Shown: positions 1-13,732, numbered from the stretch's first letter. The stretch: 32,000 nucleotides of DNA from Wallemia ichthyophaga EXF-994 (GCF_000400465.1 NW_008806276.1:300001-332000), one strand, 5' to 3'. The notes: generated by a model from the sequence alone, not told the origin. Program-made: numbers and translations.

Positions 1-1453
1 GCTTGTGCGGAGGGAGTCGAGCCGGAGATAGAGCGTGCTCTTGATCTGTACAAGGAGATGAAGGAGTATAGCCTCCCTCTTGATCAAACTGTTTACGCAT
101 CACTCATCCACACACTCGCCAAAGGTCATCGCAGAGGAACTGCAAGTGAAATTGACAGATTGTTTAATGAGATGTTGGACACAGGTATCCAACCAACCCA
201 TCTAATCTTCGCTGCGTTGATGGAATTGGCGAAAAGGACCGGAGACGTTGGGAGAGCGAGACACGTGTTTGCAAATTGGATGAGAAGCGGCTACCCTATC
301 ACCAGCCAGGATGTTGCAAGGTTTTTTTATGCATACGCTGCTGCCCAAACACCTCAATTAAACTATAAAAAACCTCTCAACGATGAAACTGAGGTCGAGA
401 CTTCAGATAGAGTGGATGTAGACAAGACGGAGCATTATGATCCCCACTCATTTACTCCAGAGTCGATACCACAATTTCCCCACGAGTTGATGGCAGAATC
501 TGATATGATATTCAACAGGATACTCGCCGACAAAGGTCATAGCTTGGCTGTTGATGGTTTGATTCTCGCTCAGAAGGAGCCAGAAAACCACGCTAATGAG
601 AATTTCAAACCTTTTGAAAATGTCAATCTCAATAGTCGCTTAGTCAACTCTTACCTCAGCATACGGCTTAACCATTCCAAATATAATCCTGCAGAACTAA
701 TAGAGTTTGTCAAGAGACTGTCAATAAAATTGGATGTATCTAGAAATGGTCACAACATGTTCATGTTGCTCGAGTATATTTACAAGCATCACAAGGAAGC
801 TGCTCATCTCGCTGATGGCTTGTTTGAAGAGTACGTGGAGTACGTGGAGAGCATAACACCCGTAATCATGGATGAAAGCAAAGTGGTAGCTCAGCAGTCT
901 TCCTCTATTGAAGCTGGCTTGGCGCAGAAGCGTAAGATGGAAGATGATAATGGTGTTGACGAGAAGACCATTTCGAGAACATGGTCGACATACCTCAATA
1001 ATTTAGCTCGGTAAGCTTTTCTGTCGCTCTGTTGACCAACCTGACAACGTAATTAGATCTAATCGGCTCTCTGAAGCTGTAGAAGTGCTGTCGAACTTCG
1101 TCAAAAAATATCCACCCACCTCCGTTACGTCTAACATGAGATCACTTACGGATTCCAAACCAACAGCAATCAAAATAAGCAAAGAAATTAAACCGGATTT
1201 AGCACCACATCTCGTATTCGCTAGATTGAGACCATTGCATGAGAAGCTCGCCACACTTGTCAAGATAGAAGACGAGGCCGGTGTTGAAAGTAAGCTGTCT
1301 GTGCATAAATCCGCTAAGCAGGCACTCGGATTCTTTTCTTGGGCGCTTAAAGCGTATGACGGTGTCTATCGCTCGCATGTCAACCGACAACTCAAAGAAA
1401 TGGACAGGATGGGGCCGCGTTTCGATAGCTTAGACAGGCAACTTATAGAATAA
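1..1453 (+). CDS. Pentatricopeptide-repeat (PPR) protein, probably mitochondrial; 5' end lies outside the window
   Basis: Frame 1 is open from base 1 (ACAEGVEPEIERALDLYKEMKEYSLPLDQTVYASLIHTLA...LFNEMLDTGIQPTHLIFAALMELA), which is typical of PPR repeats. A GT-AG intron at 1011-1056 joins ORF 58-1014 in frame to ORF 1085-1453. Confidence 0.8.
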
Positions 1454-1560
1454 AACGCATTCGCATTTTATTTATTATTAATTTAACAATTCATTCACAC
1501 CTTGCATACCAAACAGACTTTGAAAATGAATCATCACTCATTATGGCCGTATGCAACTAA

Positions 1561-1850
1561 TTAATGCCAGTCTGCTACAGTGTTTATTGTAGGCAACTTG
1601 ATGAGTTCATTGAAATACTGCTGTTGCTGTATACCTTCCTCCGTTTGTTTGCCGAGACGACCATCGTAGTGATAAAAAGAGCAAGTAGACGACTTAAATG
1701 AATGTATCTGATACCGTGATGGTTAGCGTAAGCGAATTTAACAGATTTTGCCTATCATCGCACAAAGACCCTATTTGCAACTCGACTGAAGATCACTGAG
1801 AACCTCAGGATGATGTAATGAGATATCAGGAAAAATTGACTTTTCAGTCT
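1561..1850 (-). CDS. Possible terminal exon(s) of a small unidentified gene
   Basis: The minus strand has a GCTAAC branch site (1722-1727) and a CAG acceptor (1708-1710). A 49-codon open exon follows (IHSFKSSTCSFYHYDGRLGKQ...VADWH*, stop 1561-1563). A candidate GTGCGA donor lies at 1763. I recognise no homology and found no start codon. Confidence 0.25.
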
Positions 1851-3486
1851 AGTATCTTAAGCATTACTTGAAAGTAAACAATCGCCGATTTAATTAAATC
1901 AGCTCAAGGCACCCTGAAAATGACCAAGTAATCGAGAAGACGAACGCAGAGATAACAAGTACAAGTACTGGCAAGATAAACAAATATCAAGACTACAATT
2001 TTCATAGAAACTCTAGCAATACCAATACATTTTCATCTCAACCCTCCGCTCAATATTCACTGATTTGCATTTCTCGACTTCCACCTGTCTCACATCTCAG
2101 ATTGCTTATATACGAGTTGATGATCTGCAAATTAAAACAGCCAAAGAAACAGTCATGAATCAGCTCTACATGATGGTACCCGAGATTTAGCTCTGAGCCT
2201 TCAATCGCGCAATGTAGGCTGTTCGGAGGTTGTAATTCGATATCGCTCTAGAGCACGCTATAGGATAGATATGGAAGATTTCATGTGCTTCATCGATGGA
2301 AAGAAATTGTTTAAGAGGATGCAGACCACAAACACTCAAAATTTCCAGGTATTTGGCTATATAAACGCGATTTACGTTTTCAAGTATTTAGCGTCCATAA
2401 GTCTTAAAAGTGGCTCCAGGGAATTATTATTTGTGTTATAGCATGGCTGCAAGCTTATTGAATGCAATCGATCTAAAGAAAAGGGGGGGGGTCAGCCCAA
2501 CTTTGAAATCGCGACTTTGGATGGACCAAGTGCATTCGAGATTTCAAATAATGGGAAGTAATGGTGGTGTGAAGGTGGCTAAGACCGCGTTAGAATCTCA
2601 GAAAGCAGGATGATTTGGTTATAAAGCTTTCAAACTCCAAAACTCTCTACAAGGAGCATTCTACATCTAAATGGGCAATTACAGAGCGCCACACCCTATT
2701 TATACTAAAAATCAATCTCGAATTTATCAAAAGCGATTGTTTCGGAATGATACCAATGTTGCTCAAGTTTGTAGCAATTATAGTTCTATAACGTTGAGAT
2801 GCCGTGTTTTGGTTTAGTGATGAGGTGAGAGTTGGGGGATTAAATACTTTTTTTAGAGTAATTAATGCATGTAATCAACTTGAAAATTGTACTGAGTATT
2901 GACTTTTGCAAGTGATTGATCGTCTATGAGCTGATAATGCTCTGCGACGATCAAATGAAATGCCTTAAAGTGGGAAAGATGAGAAGCTACGAAGCATGTG
3001 AACTTTCAATGTGCTTATTCGAGTATTGTTTGCTAAATTAACACATTTCAATCCGTTTAAACGGCCTTCGAGTCTTTTACTCAACTTGATGCAAATAGCC
3101 CATTGAATAGACGGGCATAGGAGAAACAGGCTACTGAAGCAAAGCGATTTTATAAAGGATTGGGGTTCATTTATCTTTCGCCCTTCTCTTGATTCGCCAT
3201 GAGTTCACTCTAGTAAAACGATTCTGGTGATATCATTGATGTACGCAGAGGGAAACCAGATCGAAGATCAATAGTGGTACAGGTGGATTATTCAGAGCTT
3301 GATCGAGCAAGCCCAATTCTTCAATCATCTTGTTGCTTCACAAGTTACTGAGTATTCTCCAACATATTGAAGTGCTCGAGGCAGCCCGCAAAAGATACTG
3401 TAATACATCAAGGCAAAAGCGCCCTCTCAAAAGCAATTGCTTTGATAACATTTAATTAAATTATAATACAAACTCGTTGCGGATTG

Positions 3487-5983
3487 CTAGTTAGATTTTA
3501 AAATCATGTCAGCAGTCTATTGAGATATCAGCTAAGAAATTGCTGAGATCAAGATGCAAATCTACCTTTTCTGCGATACCATAAAGTGTTGCTTGGATAT
3601 GTGCACTTACGTGTAACGGCATTATTGATGCATCAGCCTAACGTTGTCTAAGTAATTTAGTCGATTTGTATAATGGAAACCCACAATACGTAAATTAGAT
3701 AGCCCATAGACCTTTAGATTGCTATCAACAACGCCGTTAAGCTCTTTTGGCATCATACTGGCAGTACCGATCAAGTCTAAATGTATGTAAGAATATTGCT
3801 CTCTTTAGAAGGTATTCAGCTCACGATGCTCGCTTCTAATTGCAGTCTTCCAATACTCTTCAAGATCCTTATCATTATTCACGCTTGGACCAGGATACAC
3901 CTCTTGCTGTATTATTTCCTGCATAGATGGTGACTTCATGAGCTTCCTTATGTCTGTAGACTTCAGTACAGCGTAAAATTTGTTCAAAAGAACTTACGCT
4001 TCAATCCTTGGGTCTGTAAAATTTTATCTGATTCAACTCCAAAATAGTTTGCTGATAATATAGGGTGATCATTATGGTCGGAGCTGTGTTTACGGTAAGC
4101 AACATTTACCCTAAAATTGTGATACTTGCGACTGAATGTGTATAGAGCCACGTGAAAGCTGTATGGCGTCAACCTCTGGATACCGATAAAGCAAGACACT
4201 TACCGGATGTTGGACAGCAGCCTCGACGGAAATGTAGCTGGTGTTAGTCTCTGGTTTTCTATCGTCATTGTATGAAACAAAACTATTGGCCACAAGATGT
4301 TCGATTGCATTAGTTTCAATAAATTTCATCTGCTCCTGATACAACGAAGCGTAGACTGAGTCAGATTGAGACTCTACCCATTCTTGAGCGCTCTTCAGGT
4401 ATGATTTTTTCTCATTTTCCTCGAAGACAATATCCAAGCTTACATATGCAAGACAAGCTCCGACGTGTGCAAGTTTTGATGTGAAGTCACCCTGTTGGAA
4501 TTTCTGCAGCTCCTCAAGATACAGCTCTCTGTCGTGTGTCCTTTAAATAGGCTGTGAGTGGAATTACAATTGTCACACACTACTTACAATCGATCATTTG
4601 AGCTAAACTCTGGTTTCAACTTCCAAATAGTCTAGAAGGATACGTCAACTACGCAAATTCGGTGTAATTGAGGCCTACAGAAATAGCTGTGTGATCCTGA
4701 AAGTTTTCACCAACACCGTCTAACTCCAGTATAACATCAATACCATTTCTGTGGGTGTCAGAGGTATGACCTGCAAAATAAGACAACTTACTGCTCCAAA
4801 ATATCTCTTCTTCCAATACCACTCAGCTCCAATATTTGAGGTGTGCCAACTGCACCAGCTGATAAAATGACCTCTTTCTCAGCAGATACAGTAAACTCTT
4901 CCCCACTTTTTGTGTAGGTCACACCGGTAACTCGACTGTCAGACACTATCAACTTAATAACTTGAGCATTAGATTCGACTTGTAAATTATCTCTATATGC
5001 AAGAGGGAAATAATAAGCGGATGCGGAGTAACTTCTTGTGAAGTTGTGGTAGTTTACTGAGCTTGGATTTATACTAGCTCCAGAATTGTCTCCATCCCAA
5101 GGCTGCAGAATTGTTTAGCGGTATAAAGAATTGCCCTATTTGCCTACGCTGTAATTGGCGTTGACACCAATATCTTGGAAGGCTGGCAGCCATCTCCTTG
5201 CAAAATCGGGGACATTCTGGCTAATTGTAGCTTGAAGTGGACCTTCATGTCCAATGGCATAATCGTTGAGCTTGTCATTGTCATCAATGGAATATTTGTG
5301 AAGAATATCATCAGATGGAATGTGGAAGGTCTCTGACTTTTTCATGCTAGAAGAAAAGTCAGCGGAATTATTTATACAAAGTGATGTTGCATACTAGTAA
5401 AGTAGATCATCAAAGCTCCAGCCATCATTGCCAAGGTTATTCCACGCATCTATCTCGAGAGAATGAGGTCTATCCCAACCACTAGATAGGCTTAATGATT
5501 ATTCCAGCAATGAAAAGAAGAACATACAGTCCATTCAAAGCGCTCGTTCCTCCAAGAACTCTGCCTCTCGGTAAAGAAATCGGATGAAGGCCAAAATCGG
5601 CTTGTGCCTCTGTGGTGTAATTCCAATCGACTACACTTGTTAAAGTAAGCTGGTAAATTAATTCAAACTTACATTTAGATCCTATTGCAGATCCACCAAA
5701 AGGCAAGTCAATATTACTGTTATTGAAGCCACTACATGAATGTGAGATAAAGTGGAATTACTGTGTGATAACAACCTTTCACCAGCTTCGAGTACCATTA
5801 CTTGCAATTTGCTGACATCTGATAACCGTGAAGCTAATGCCAGACCGGTTGTGCCACCCCCGATAACGATCTACAATTGAGTTAGGCAGAATTTGTAGAA
5901 GCGGATCAACATACAAAATCAGGATTAGCAGCATAAGCAGAGGCTACAATAGCAGCCAGAACAAAGCATCGTTTGATAATCAT
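3487..5983 (-). CDS. Secreted GMC oxidoreductase (CAZy AA3_2-like: glucose oxidase/dehydrogenase or aryl-alcohol oxidase type), multi-exon
   Basis: Signal peptide MIIKRCFVLAAIVASAYA. FAD-binding motif DF|IVIGGGTTGLALASRLS across intron 5871-5914. GMC motifs PRGRVLGGTSALNG, RSEHHLIGTASM, GVVDSNLKVYGLSNLRIV, DASIMP and SAHIQATLYGIAEK. Stop at 3487-3489. Not every internal exon boundary was traced. Confidence 0.9.
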
Positions 5984-6121
5984 TTGACTAAAACAAGAAT
6001 GGGATTCAGCGAATATTCACATTCCAGCATTCCCGATGTTGATTTTTGATTAGCGATTTGATTAAAACGTTCAAAGGAAAATGTTGATTGTTGATTTTGA
6101 TTTCCTTCGGTGATTACGGTG

Positions 6122-7294
6122 ATGATCGACAGTCTACAAGACATATTGAATAGAAAACTAGAGGAAAGATTACCGGGAAAGAGGAGCTTAACAGTAATCT
6201 CATTAGTCTCAAATTTCACTCAATTAAAGCAACATCTATTCCCGTTCACCTCATCTATACCAAATCCACCAATCAAGAAGATCCTTATTGCATTCGCAGA
6301 ATATGATACGCTCAGCTCTGCGATAGAGCTGCATCTATTCAAATTGAATGACAGAGTCCTTATTTACGTCTCAAAGGTAGACTCTACAGGATTCGGTTTG
6401 ACACCTTCACCAATGTCAATTGCGATTGAAAGTGTCATACACTGGGCCAAAGTAGCCTTCAATTTGCAAGTCTGGCTACACATTTTTTCTCGAGCTCAAA
6501 ATGCATACATATTCCCTAATAGCGAGAAGAATGGTAAAAAGAGAGTACTCTCTGACATGCAATTGCAGAGATGGTGGAAGCAAACATTGGATAACCTCAC
6601 TCCATTCAAGCGATGGCTCTTTCTGCCTGGATTTTCTCAAGAAGAGGCGATAGGGATCATCAAGGTTGATAATGATTGGATTTACGGTAATCCACATCAA
6701 TCCAACCAGGAATTGAATTCCAGGAACCTCTCATCTTTGATACCTTACTTTGAAGATGACCCAAAGTCGAGATTTTTGGACGAATTGGCTAACTCAGCTG
6801 AAGCTCTGGACGGCCGTTCTTTGAAGAAGCCCAGACGTGAAAGCAGCAAGGAAGAGAATGTAAGCTATAAGCAAAACGCATTAGACCGCATCTCAATTGA
6901 AGAGTTTTGGGAAAGACTCGGTTATAGACAGGAGTGTGCGTCAGGTAGAGTGACTGGATTCTTCTTTCTACATTTCTCAAGAGAAGATGGACCAATCAAA
7001 GAGGCAATTGAGGTGAATAAGACGGATCAAGATATCGATATTTCGATAGAATTATTCCATCGAATTCATGATCTGCTGACAAACTCGGACTTCCATACGT
7101 TTGAAGGCGCGGTGTCTGCAACGTCATCGTGGTTAAACAAGATCAGGACATTGATAGATAATTCTCAAGCATACATAGCACCAAATGTTAAAGTCGATAA
7201 CCCTGAGAAAGTTAAAGCGACAGCAGATACTGAGCCTGTAAAAGCCCAAGTACTGACCGTGCGCAAGAAAAAAAGACCCGCGAGTGCCGTATAA
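6122..7294 (+). CDS. RTT109: Histone H3K56 acetyltransferase Rtt109
   Basis: Single long ORF with Rtt109 motifs YVSKVDSTG, FSRAQNAYIFPNS, LSDMQLQRWW, IPYFEDDPKSRFLDEL and EFWERLGYRQEC...VTGFF. First ATG at 6122. Confidence 0.9.
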   Translation: MIDSLQDILNRKLEERLPGKRSLTVISLVSNFTQLKQHLFPFTSSIPNPPIKKILIAFAEYDTLSSAIELHLFKLNDRVLIYVSKVDSTGFGLTPSPMSIAIESVIHWAKVAFNLQVWLHIFSRAQNAYIFPNSEKNGKKRVLSDMQLQRWWKQTLDNLTPFKRWLFLPGFSQEEAIGIIKVDNDWIYGNPHQSNQELNSRNLSSLIPYFEDDPKSRFLDELANSAEALDGRSLKKPRRESSKEENVSYKQNALDRISIEEFWERLGYRQECASGRVTGFFFLHFSREDGPIKEAIEVNKTDQDIDISIELFHRIHDLLTNSDFHTFEGAVSATSSWLNKIRTLIDNSQAYIAPNVKVDNPEKVKATADTEPVKAQVLTVRKKKRPASAV

Positions 7295-7342
7295 ATTAGA
7301 ATGCATTCTTAAGTTTAGCGTTATAAGTGTAATTGTATTTAA

Positions 7343-9703
7343 TTAAACTACTGATTGTCTATACCGTATGAAAGAAAGGAAGTTTTGATAGGCCTCGTCT
7401 ATTGTTGCTCGGAGTTCTGGATTGAATTTTCTGTCAACCGAGCGTGTCTGTAGATGAGTCAGCTAAGATATCCTTGATTACTAACATACGTACGCAAGTC
7501 CTGACTAAAGGTACAACGCCTCTAAGCTTGCTCAAGAATTTTTCATACCTGAACACTGGAACATCATAAGAAGAGTTCTCATCAGCATAAACATCGAAAA
7601 GCTCGTTGAGAACTGCAACTGTTACTTCAGCAGTCGTTGATTCAGCTGTGGCTTGTGACGCTACTTGTGGTAATTTGAATAACAAATCGATGAAAAAGTT
7701 GCCAATCAATCTGTTGTCTTCAATGGCATCTTGACGGCGCGCAAGACTACCTAAAGTTCCAATAACCTTACTCTTGAGAGCATCGGAAGTCGTAGACCTG
7801 TAAATTGAAGTCAAAGCTGCAATTTCCGATGATTGTAGAATCAAATCTTCTCCTAATACCTTTGAAACACCTAGCATACATCCAACGAGATTATCTATAC
7901 AACCGAAGCGAGCGCTTTGAGTCTTGATCGTAAAGTCATTCATTTCACATGGTTCAATCGCCTGACCTAGTTCGAACAGTTTATTCCATAACTGAGACAA
8001 CGCTGGCTTCAATTGCTGCTTCAGCTCCGACCATGCTTGAGCCTCATTATCCGATGTAGGACTAGATGGTGATGGTGCATAACGAGCCAAAGATAATAAC
8101 AGATTTTGAAGAGCTTCCAAAGCACGCAAATGTACAGCGGACAAGTGAGCAGTTGTTGGTGGATGAGGTGACCTAGCAGATAATCCAGTGCGAAGGAGAG
8201 ACATGTTGGTAGGGAAAGCTAATTTGATTAAGCCCTCATGTAAGGCTATCTCTGGACCAAACAACTTGACTAAAGAGGATGGAATGATTGAAGTAGTTGC
8301 CACTGGTTGAGTATCTTTAATTTCATTATCCTGCATGTTCGAATCACCTTCAATGATTGCATCAATGTTTTCTTCCATGTCCTCTTCCATATCCTCATTC
8401 TGATCCTCTTCATCTTGATTAATTTCAAAGTCATCGTCAGGTATTTGAGAGCAGTATCCTGTTAGGACGTCAAGACTGCTTTGAAGTGCGATCAAAACAA
8501 GCTCAATTTCATCTAATCTCTTCTCCTCATTTGACTTGTGGTCAGTAGAATTCTTGTTTTGCTTGGTAGAAACTTGAGGCTGGAAGATAATGAGCTTGAG
8601 TTTGATATTTGAAGGATATACTCACCAGCTTTGACGCTAATGTCTCACTTTCATCGGAGAGAGATTTCAAGTCTGCGTTTAAGCAAGAAATAAGAATAGG
8701 TAGGATAGTACTACTATCATTAGCAATAGCAGCTGCGGGAATCACAGCAGGCAAGGGAGATATGTTGCGTATTATACCTTTGAGGATTATTCAGTAAGTG
8801 AGCTCAAATTAGATAGAAGACTGACCACAAGCTAGGATTTTTGATAGGGTAGCCTTAACTTGGTCTTGACCGTCGAAAGAATCTTGGACTATATCGACAA
8901 GAGCGGTACAATCACCAGGGTTGTCAGTGAAGTGCCTTTTAAACATACTATTTTCTTCAGAAAGAACGAATAAACATTGTGCAGAAGCAATAGTAGTTGA
9001 AAGAGGTGCATTTTTTCTAAGGTCGTTCTTCAAAAATGCAACCAAGAATGGAGGTAATGAGAGATCGTTGACGGCTTTGAATGCTTTATTGGAAGTTTCA
9101 CTGGATGTATTTGTTAGTTATAAGTATAACTTTGGTGATGAACTAACGATAGACACCAGAAGATAGTAACAATGTTCTCAACCCAGGACCAAACAATATT
9201 TCTCCAAGACATTTCATCGTGATCAGCGGGTGGATGACCTTGAATAAGATTTTCAATCAAAGGGATAATCTGATTGAGATGCTAATTAAGTTGTAATAAG
9301 AAGACAAAAGAGATCAACAAACCTTTGTAACATGAGTTTTTAAAGGAGCAAGTATGTTCTTATTAAACATTTCAGCGCAGATTTCCGGACCACCATCAAT
9401 ACAAAGGTTTCTAAGAGAACCAGTTGATTCATTTATAACATCAGGTTCATCATCGGTTAATCTTCCAATTAAGAGAGAAATGACACCTTTAGATTGTAAA
9501 AGCCTACGAGTGGAAGAATCATTTGCAATTAGATTTGAAGTTGCTGCACAAGCCCAGACTCTATCATTTGGATTTGGCGAGTTAAACTTTTCTAAAACGG
9601 GGATAACCTGAGTGTGATTGTCCTTGGAGGACTTGTGATGGCTATCCGGGACACGAATTGGATTATGCCTTGCGGTTCTCTTCTTGGTTTGAGATTTTCC
9701 CAT
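7343..9703 (-). CDS. SYO1: Symportin-1-like ARM/HEAT-repeat adaptor (Rpl5/Rpl11 import), multi-exon
   Basis: N-terminus MGKSQTKKRTARHNPI and ARM segment DRVWACAATSNL...LIGRLTDDEPDVINESTGSLRNL. Acidic loop, then NELFDVYADE near the C-terminus. Last exon ...ELRATIDEAYQNFLSFIRYRQSVV*, stop 7343-7345. Confidence 0.8.
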
Positions 9704-10011
9704 TAAATGATTGAGTGACTGAGTAGAAAGAGAGGTGAAAGTGTGTAAAATTTAAAATTAAAAGAACAAAAGATAATATGCAAATTACAAATCAATTTTT
9801 AAGTAAAATATTTGAAACACCCTTTAAATCTCAATTCAGTTCTAAATATGTCGTCAAAGCGTTACTACGACGGTTGAGCTTGACTTTGCTGTTTTTTAGT
9901 CATCATTTTAGAGATTTAGTGGGTTTGAAATTTCAAAGTAAATTTTAAAAATTCAAATCCAATTTCAACTTGGTTGTCCTTGTTCAAGGTGAATATCAAG
10001 AGGAAAATCAG

Positions 10012-11951
10012 ATGGAATCTCAAGAGATTTTAGAATCAACAATCAAAAATGAAAATAAAAGATTGAACGAAGATCCAAATGATTTATCTAAAGTTGTTAA
10101 GAAGCGTAAGCAGCGTACACCTTCACCACCTTTATTTGAAAATCAGCAACTAAAACCACTTCAAACGGTTAGATTAGACATTGATTTGGATAAAGATGAT
10201 TACTTATTCAACTTTTTACATTTGTCTAAAAATTCTAATCAACTTTCTCCCGATAAGCCTTACTCGAACTTGATCAACTTATTGGATCATGTTAGTGATG
10301 CTGAGGATGATGATGAACCTCATCCAGATAAGAAACGCGCTGAATACGATAATTACGACGTTAATGACCCCTTCGTTGATGATAGTCAACTCACCGTTGA
10401 TGAACCAAAGATGATGGCCAAACCTACAAATGAGGGCTTTTATATTACAATTGATCATGTCGAACTAGAGACTAAATCTCCTTCTCAACTTAAAGAGAAG
10501 AAAAAAGATTCTGACAAAGACAAGCAAAAGAAACGTTCAAGCTTACACAACTTGTCCAAGTATTCCTCCTTCTTCCCTAAACCGCAACTACCTGCAACTC
10601 CAATTGCTCCAGATATATCTTTTGAAGGCATTTCTTTAGATGTATCTGATACACCCATCAACAAGAGCAGAGATTCTCCTGCAATCACTACCCAACATAA
10701 AGACTCTCCAGAGCCATCAAAGTCTCAAACACGTACAGACGTTAGCTCAATTATTGGTCCAAAGAAAGGTGGTTTACTTACAGGTTTCACAATGGATCAT
10801 CTACCTTCACCTTCCTGGTCAAAAGGTAAAAAAGAATACCCAATTGAACCTATTTCAGAGGATCTTCAAAGCGCATTCGAGCAGCTCACCGTACTCATTA
10901 TGAAGGAGAATTTTGAACAAAAAACAAAATTTCCTCAAAGTCTCAAAGATCCACTCAAACGTACAGCAGAAATAGCTATCCAGCTAGAACAGTATGATGA
11001 AAATCACTTTTTCAATCGTTTACCTAGACTCTTTCCATACAACAGATTCACTATGATGAAATTAACCAAGACTATGCTATTCGATTACCACAAAAATTTC
11101 TATGAAGAGCGTTACGAGTTATGTAAGGGTGCATTTCAAGAAGAAGTTGACAATGAGCGGGACCAGTACATTCATGACCACGAAGATGCTATAAAGCAAT
11201 ATGAAGCTGATTGGAATCATTTCCAAGAGCGTTACCCAGAAGATGCTAAAATATCTGAAGACATTAAATCAGGTGGTCATTCATTAAAGCTCTCACAGCA
11301 TCAACAAGCACCTGATCCACCAAAACCACGCTGGAAGTGGACAGAAAAGATGAACACCGCTTTGATGGCAATGACTGAAATCAAAGAGGATATATACCAT
11401 TTAGACCTTGAAAGATCTGAGTTGGATAAGAACCAACCTACTCCAACGCGTGAACAAACTTATCGTAGTAAGGTCTATGCCGAATTAGCGGCCATTTTTC
11501 CTGCTGATTGGATGCATACTACAGATATCTCTAGAAAAAGTAAGGAGTAATAATACTTCTAGATTACATTTTTGCTTACAAAGTCTTAGGAACAACCCTT
11601 CTTAGTCGTTCTAAACATCAAAAGACTTCAAATACGAACGATGAAAATAGCAACGCTAATGAGAAAGGGAAAGATAAAAGTAACGAGTCAAAAGTTGCAA
11701 AGGATGAGAAGGATGAAGAAAATACAAAGGATGAACAAGATGCAAAGGATACAGAAGATCTAAAGAATCCAAGTGATGCAAATTCGAAAGAGCAAAAAGA
11801 ACCAAATAAGCAAAGTGAATTCAACAAGCAGAATGAACCAAATGAGGCCAAGGATGTAGATCAACCAACAAAAGAAACACACGAGCCAGCAAATGAAACG
11901 AATCATTCACTTAAAGACACAAATCAGCCAGCAGAAACTCCTGAAAAGTGA
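10012..11951 (+). CDS. HPC2/ubinuclein-like HIR complex subunit
   Basis: HRD-like motif YDVNDPFVDDSQL...EGFYI and a ubinuclein middle-domain-like segment KFPQSLKDPL...RLPRLFPYNRFTM. Intron 11540-11589 leads to a charged low-complexity tail ending at TGA 11949-11951. Confidence 0.72.
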
Positions 11952-12005
11952 AATACAATTAAAGTGGCTTAAACTGTACAATACATGTAAAATGATACTA
12001 ATAAT

Positions 12006-13732
12006 TTATTTACCAAGTGGGCTTTGAGGATCATGACCAGCATTATTGATATTCGTACCGAACCAAGTGGATGTGACATCGCCATGTAATTGCAATTTTG
12101 ATTCCTGATTCTTATTAGATCGAGGTCCAAACAAGGTATCAGAAGCATCTGTATTTTGATTACTCATACTGTTATTTATACTGTCATCGTCTGAGTCTGA
12201 GTCGTCTTGTACATTTGCCATCACAGCAGCAGCGGTGAGCGCAAGTGGTTGTGGCTGTATACTAGTATCGTCTAATGAGCTAGTCGTAGAAGATGAAGAG
12301 ACATCAGGATTAAAGTCATTGCCCTTACTGTAATTTCTAGTCATAAACGATCCTTGATGCATGAGTGTATCCTGGTCATCCTCATTGTCATCATCTCCAG
12401 CATTAATTGCCTTAATTTTGAGGGGTTTCTTATTAGACTGACCAGTTTCTCTGAGTATGTCATCCACAATACTAGCTGCTGCTTCTTTAGCTGGTGTTTT
12501 CTGTAATTTAGACTTTGGCATAGTAAAGTTCATCGTCTGTGGAGGTGACATTCCAGGGGGTAAAACATCATCTTCATCTTCATCGGAATCAAGGCCATCT
12601 TCATCACTCTGTCTGTAATTGTGACTTGAAAAGTTAAATTTTCCCTCTTTGTTGTCTATGCGCAGTGGTGTGTTTCTCAAATCGGTGATACCATTCCAGT
12701 TTGGACCACCAAAAGGATTGCTGATAACCTTCCCCTTCTTAGGAGTCTTCTCTAAGCCATCGTTATCCTGATTCTCCTTATTGATCGGCACTTCATGCGT
12801 GGAGTGCTTGAAACTGAAGCTCATAGATGAAGTTTGTTGATTTTCATGGTAGTTGTTTGTGTCATTATAATTAATGGTATCATCAGCAAGTTGTGAGTCA
12901 TCAGGCTTGATTTCACCAGTTCCAGTTCCAACAGCTTCAGCTTCAGATGCGGAAGGTAAAGAAAAGGAAGGCAGGATGGATGTAGAATTACTGGTCTCAA
13001 AGTTGATATCATCGTCATCGTTCTCGCGTATCTGTCTTCTAAGTCTTTCAAATGGTGATTCAAGCGAATTAGGTATTGTTGTCGATCTATCTTGTATATT
13101 AGCTTCTGATCCATCAACTTTAGGCAACGGTGTTGAAGATACACCGTTGTTAGCTAATTGGCCGAGGAAAGAGTCTTGATTGAAAGTCTCATTTATAGAC
13201 CTGTCGTCATCGCGCTCAGCACCGTGGTTGATATTTGTGGCTGTAAGATCATCGCTGTAATAAGTGTCTCCGAATGATTGCTCTCCAGTCTGTGATACTC
13301 TGACCTGTGCTGCGTGCTCGAAGAAGGACTTCCAGTACTGAGTATTGCGTTAAGAATGTTTGTCTCAAAATCGAAAGACAAACCTTGGATATATTTCTCG
13401 AGTTATCAGTTGCTAATCCGTAATTTTTGATTTCAGGCAGAATGCGGCTGAGAATTACATTGTAGACGTTTGATAGATCAGCGTCTATGTTTTCTGATAA
13501 GAAAATGAGCCTTGTTATATCCGATTAAATCTACTAACGTAACGTAAGTGTTATTCTTTGGTCCATTTGCTCAATCTGACTCCTTTGTCAGTCACATGTT
13601 CACAATCAAACGGGAACCTACTTGTTCAGATGGAGGTAGATTATCGTGATCAATCCCTTTGATTCTGGGTATCCTGAAATCTGGGTTGTTTACGGGATCA
13701 GGACAAAACATAGCAAGCTGTTCAGATTCCAT
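12006..13732 (-). CDS. ASK1: DASH/Dam1 complex subunit Ask1, multi-exon
   Basis: Spliced N-terminus gives IEQMDQRITLTL...NIDADLSNVYNVILSRILPEIKNY, matching the Ask1 N-terminal domain. A long disordered tail contains PPGMSPPQTMNF. ATG at 13730-13732. Confidence 0.75.

Noticed and set aside
11590-11951. Repetitive charged tail (KDE/NEP-rich) as a tandem repeat or separate gene
   Set aside because: It splices in frame onto the HPC2-like gene and is ordinary low-complexity disordered sequence. The antisense ORF 11618-11851 is its shadow.
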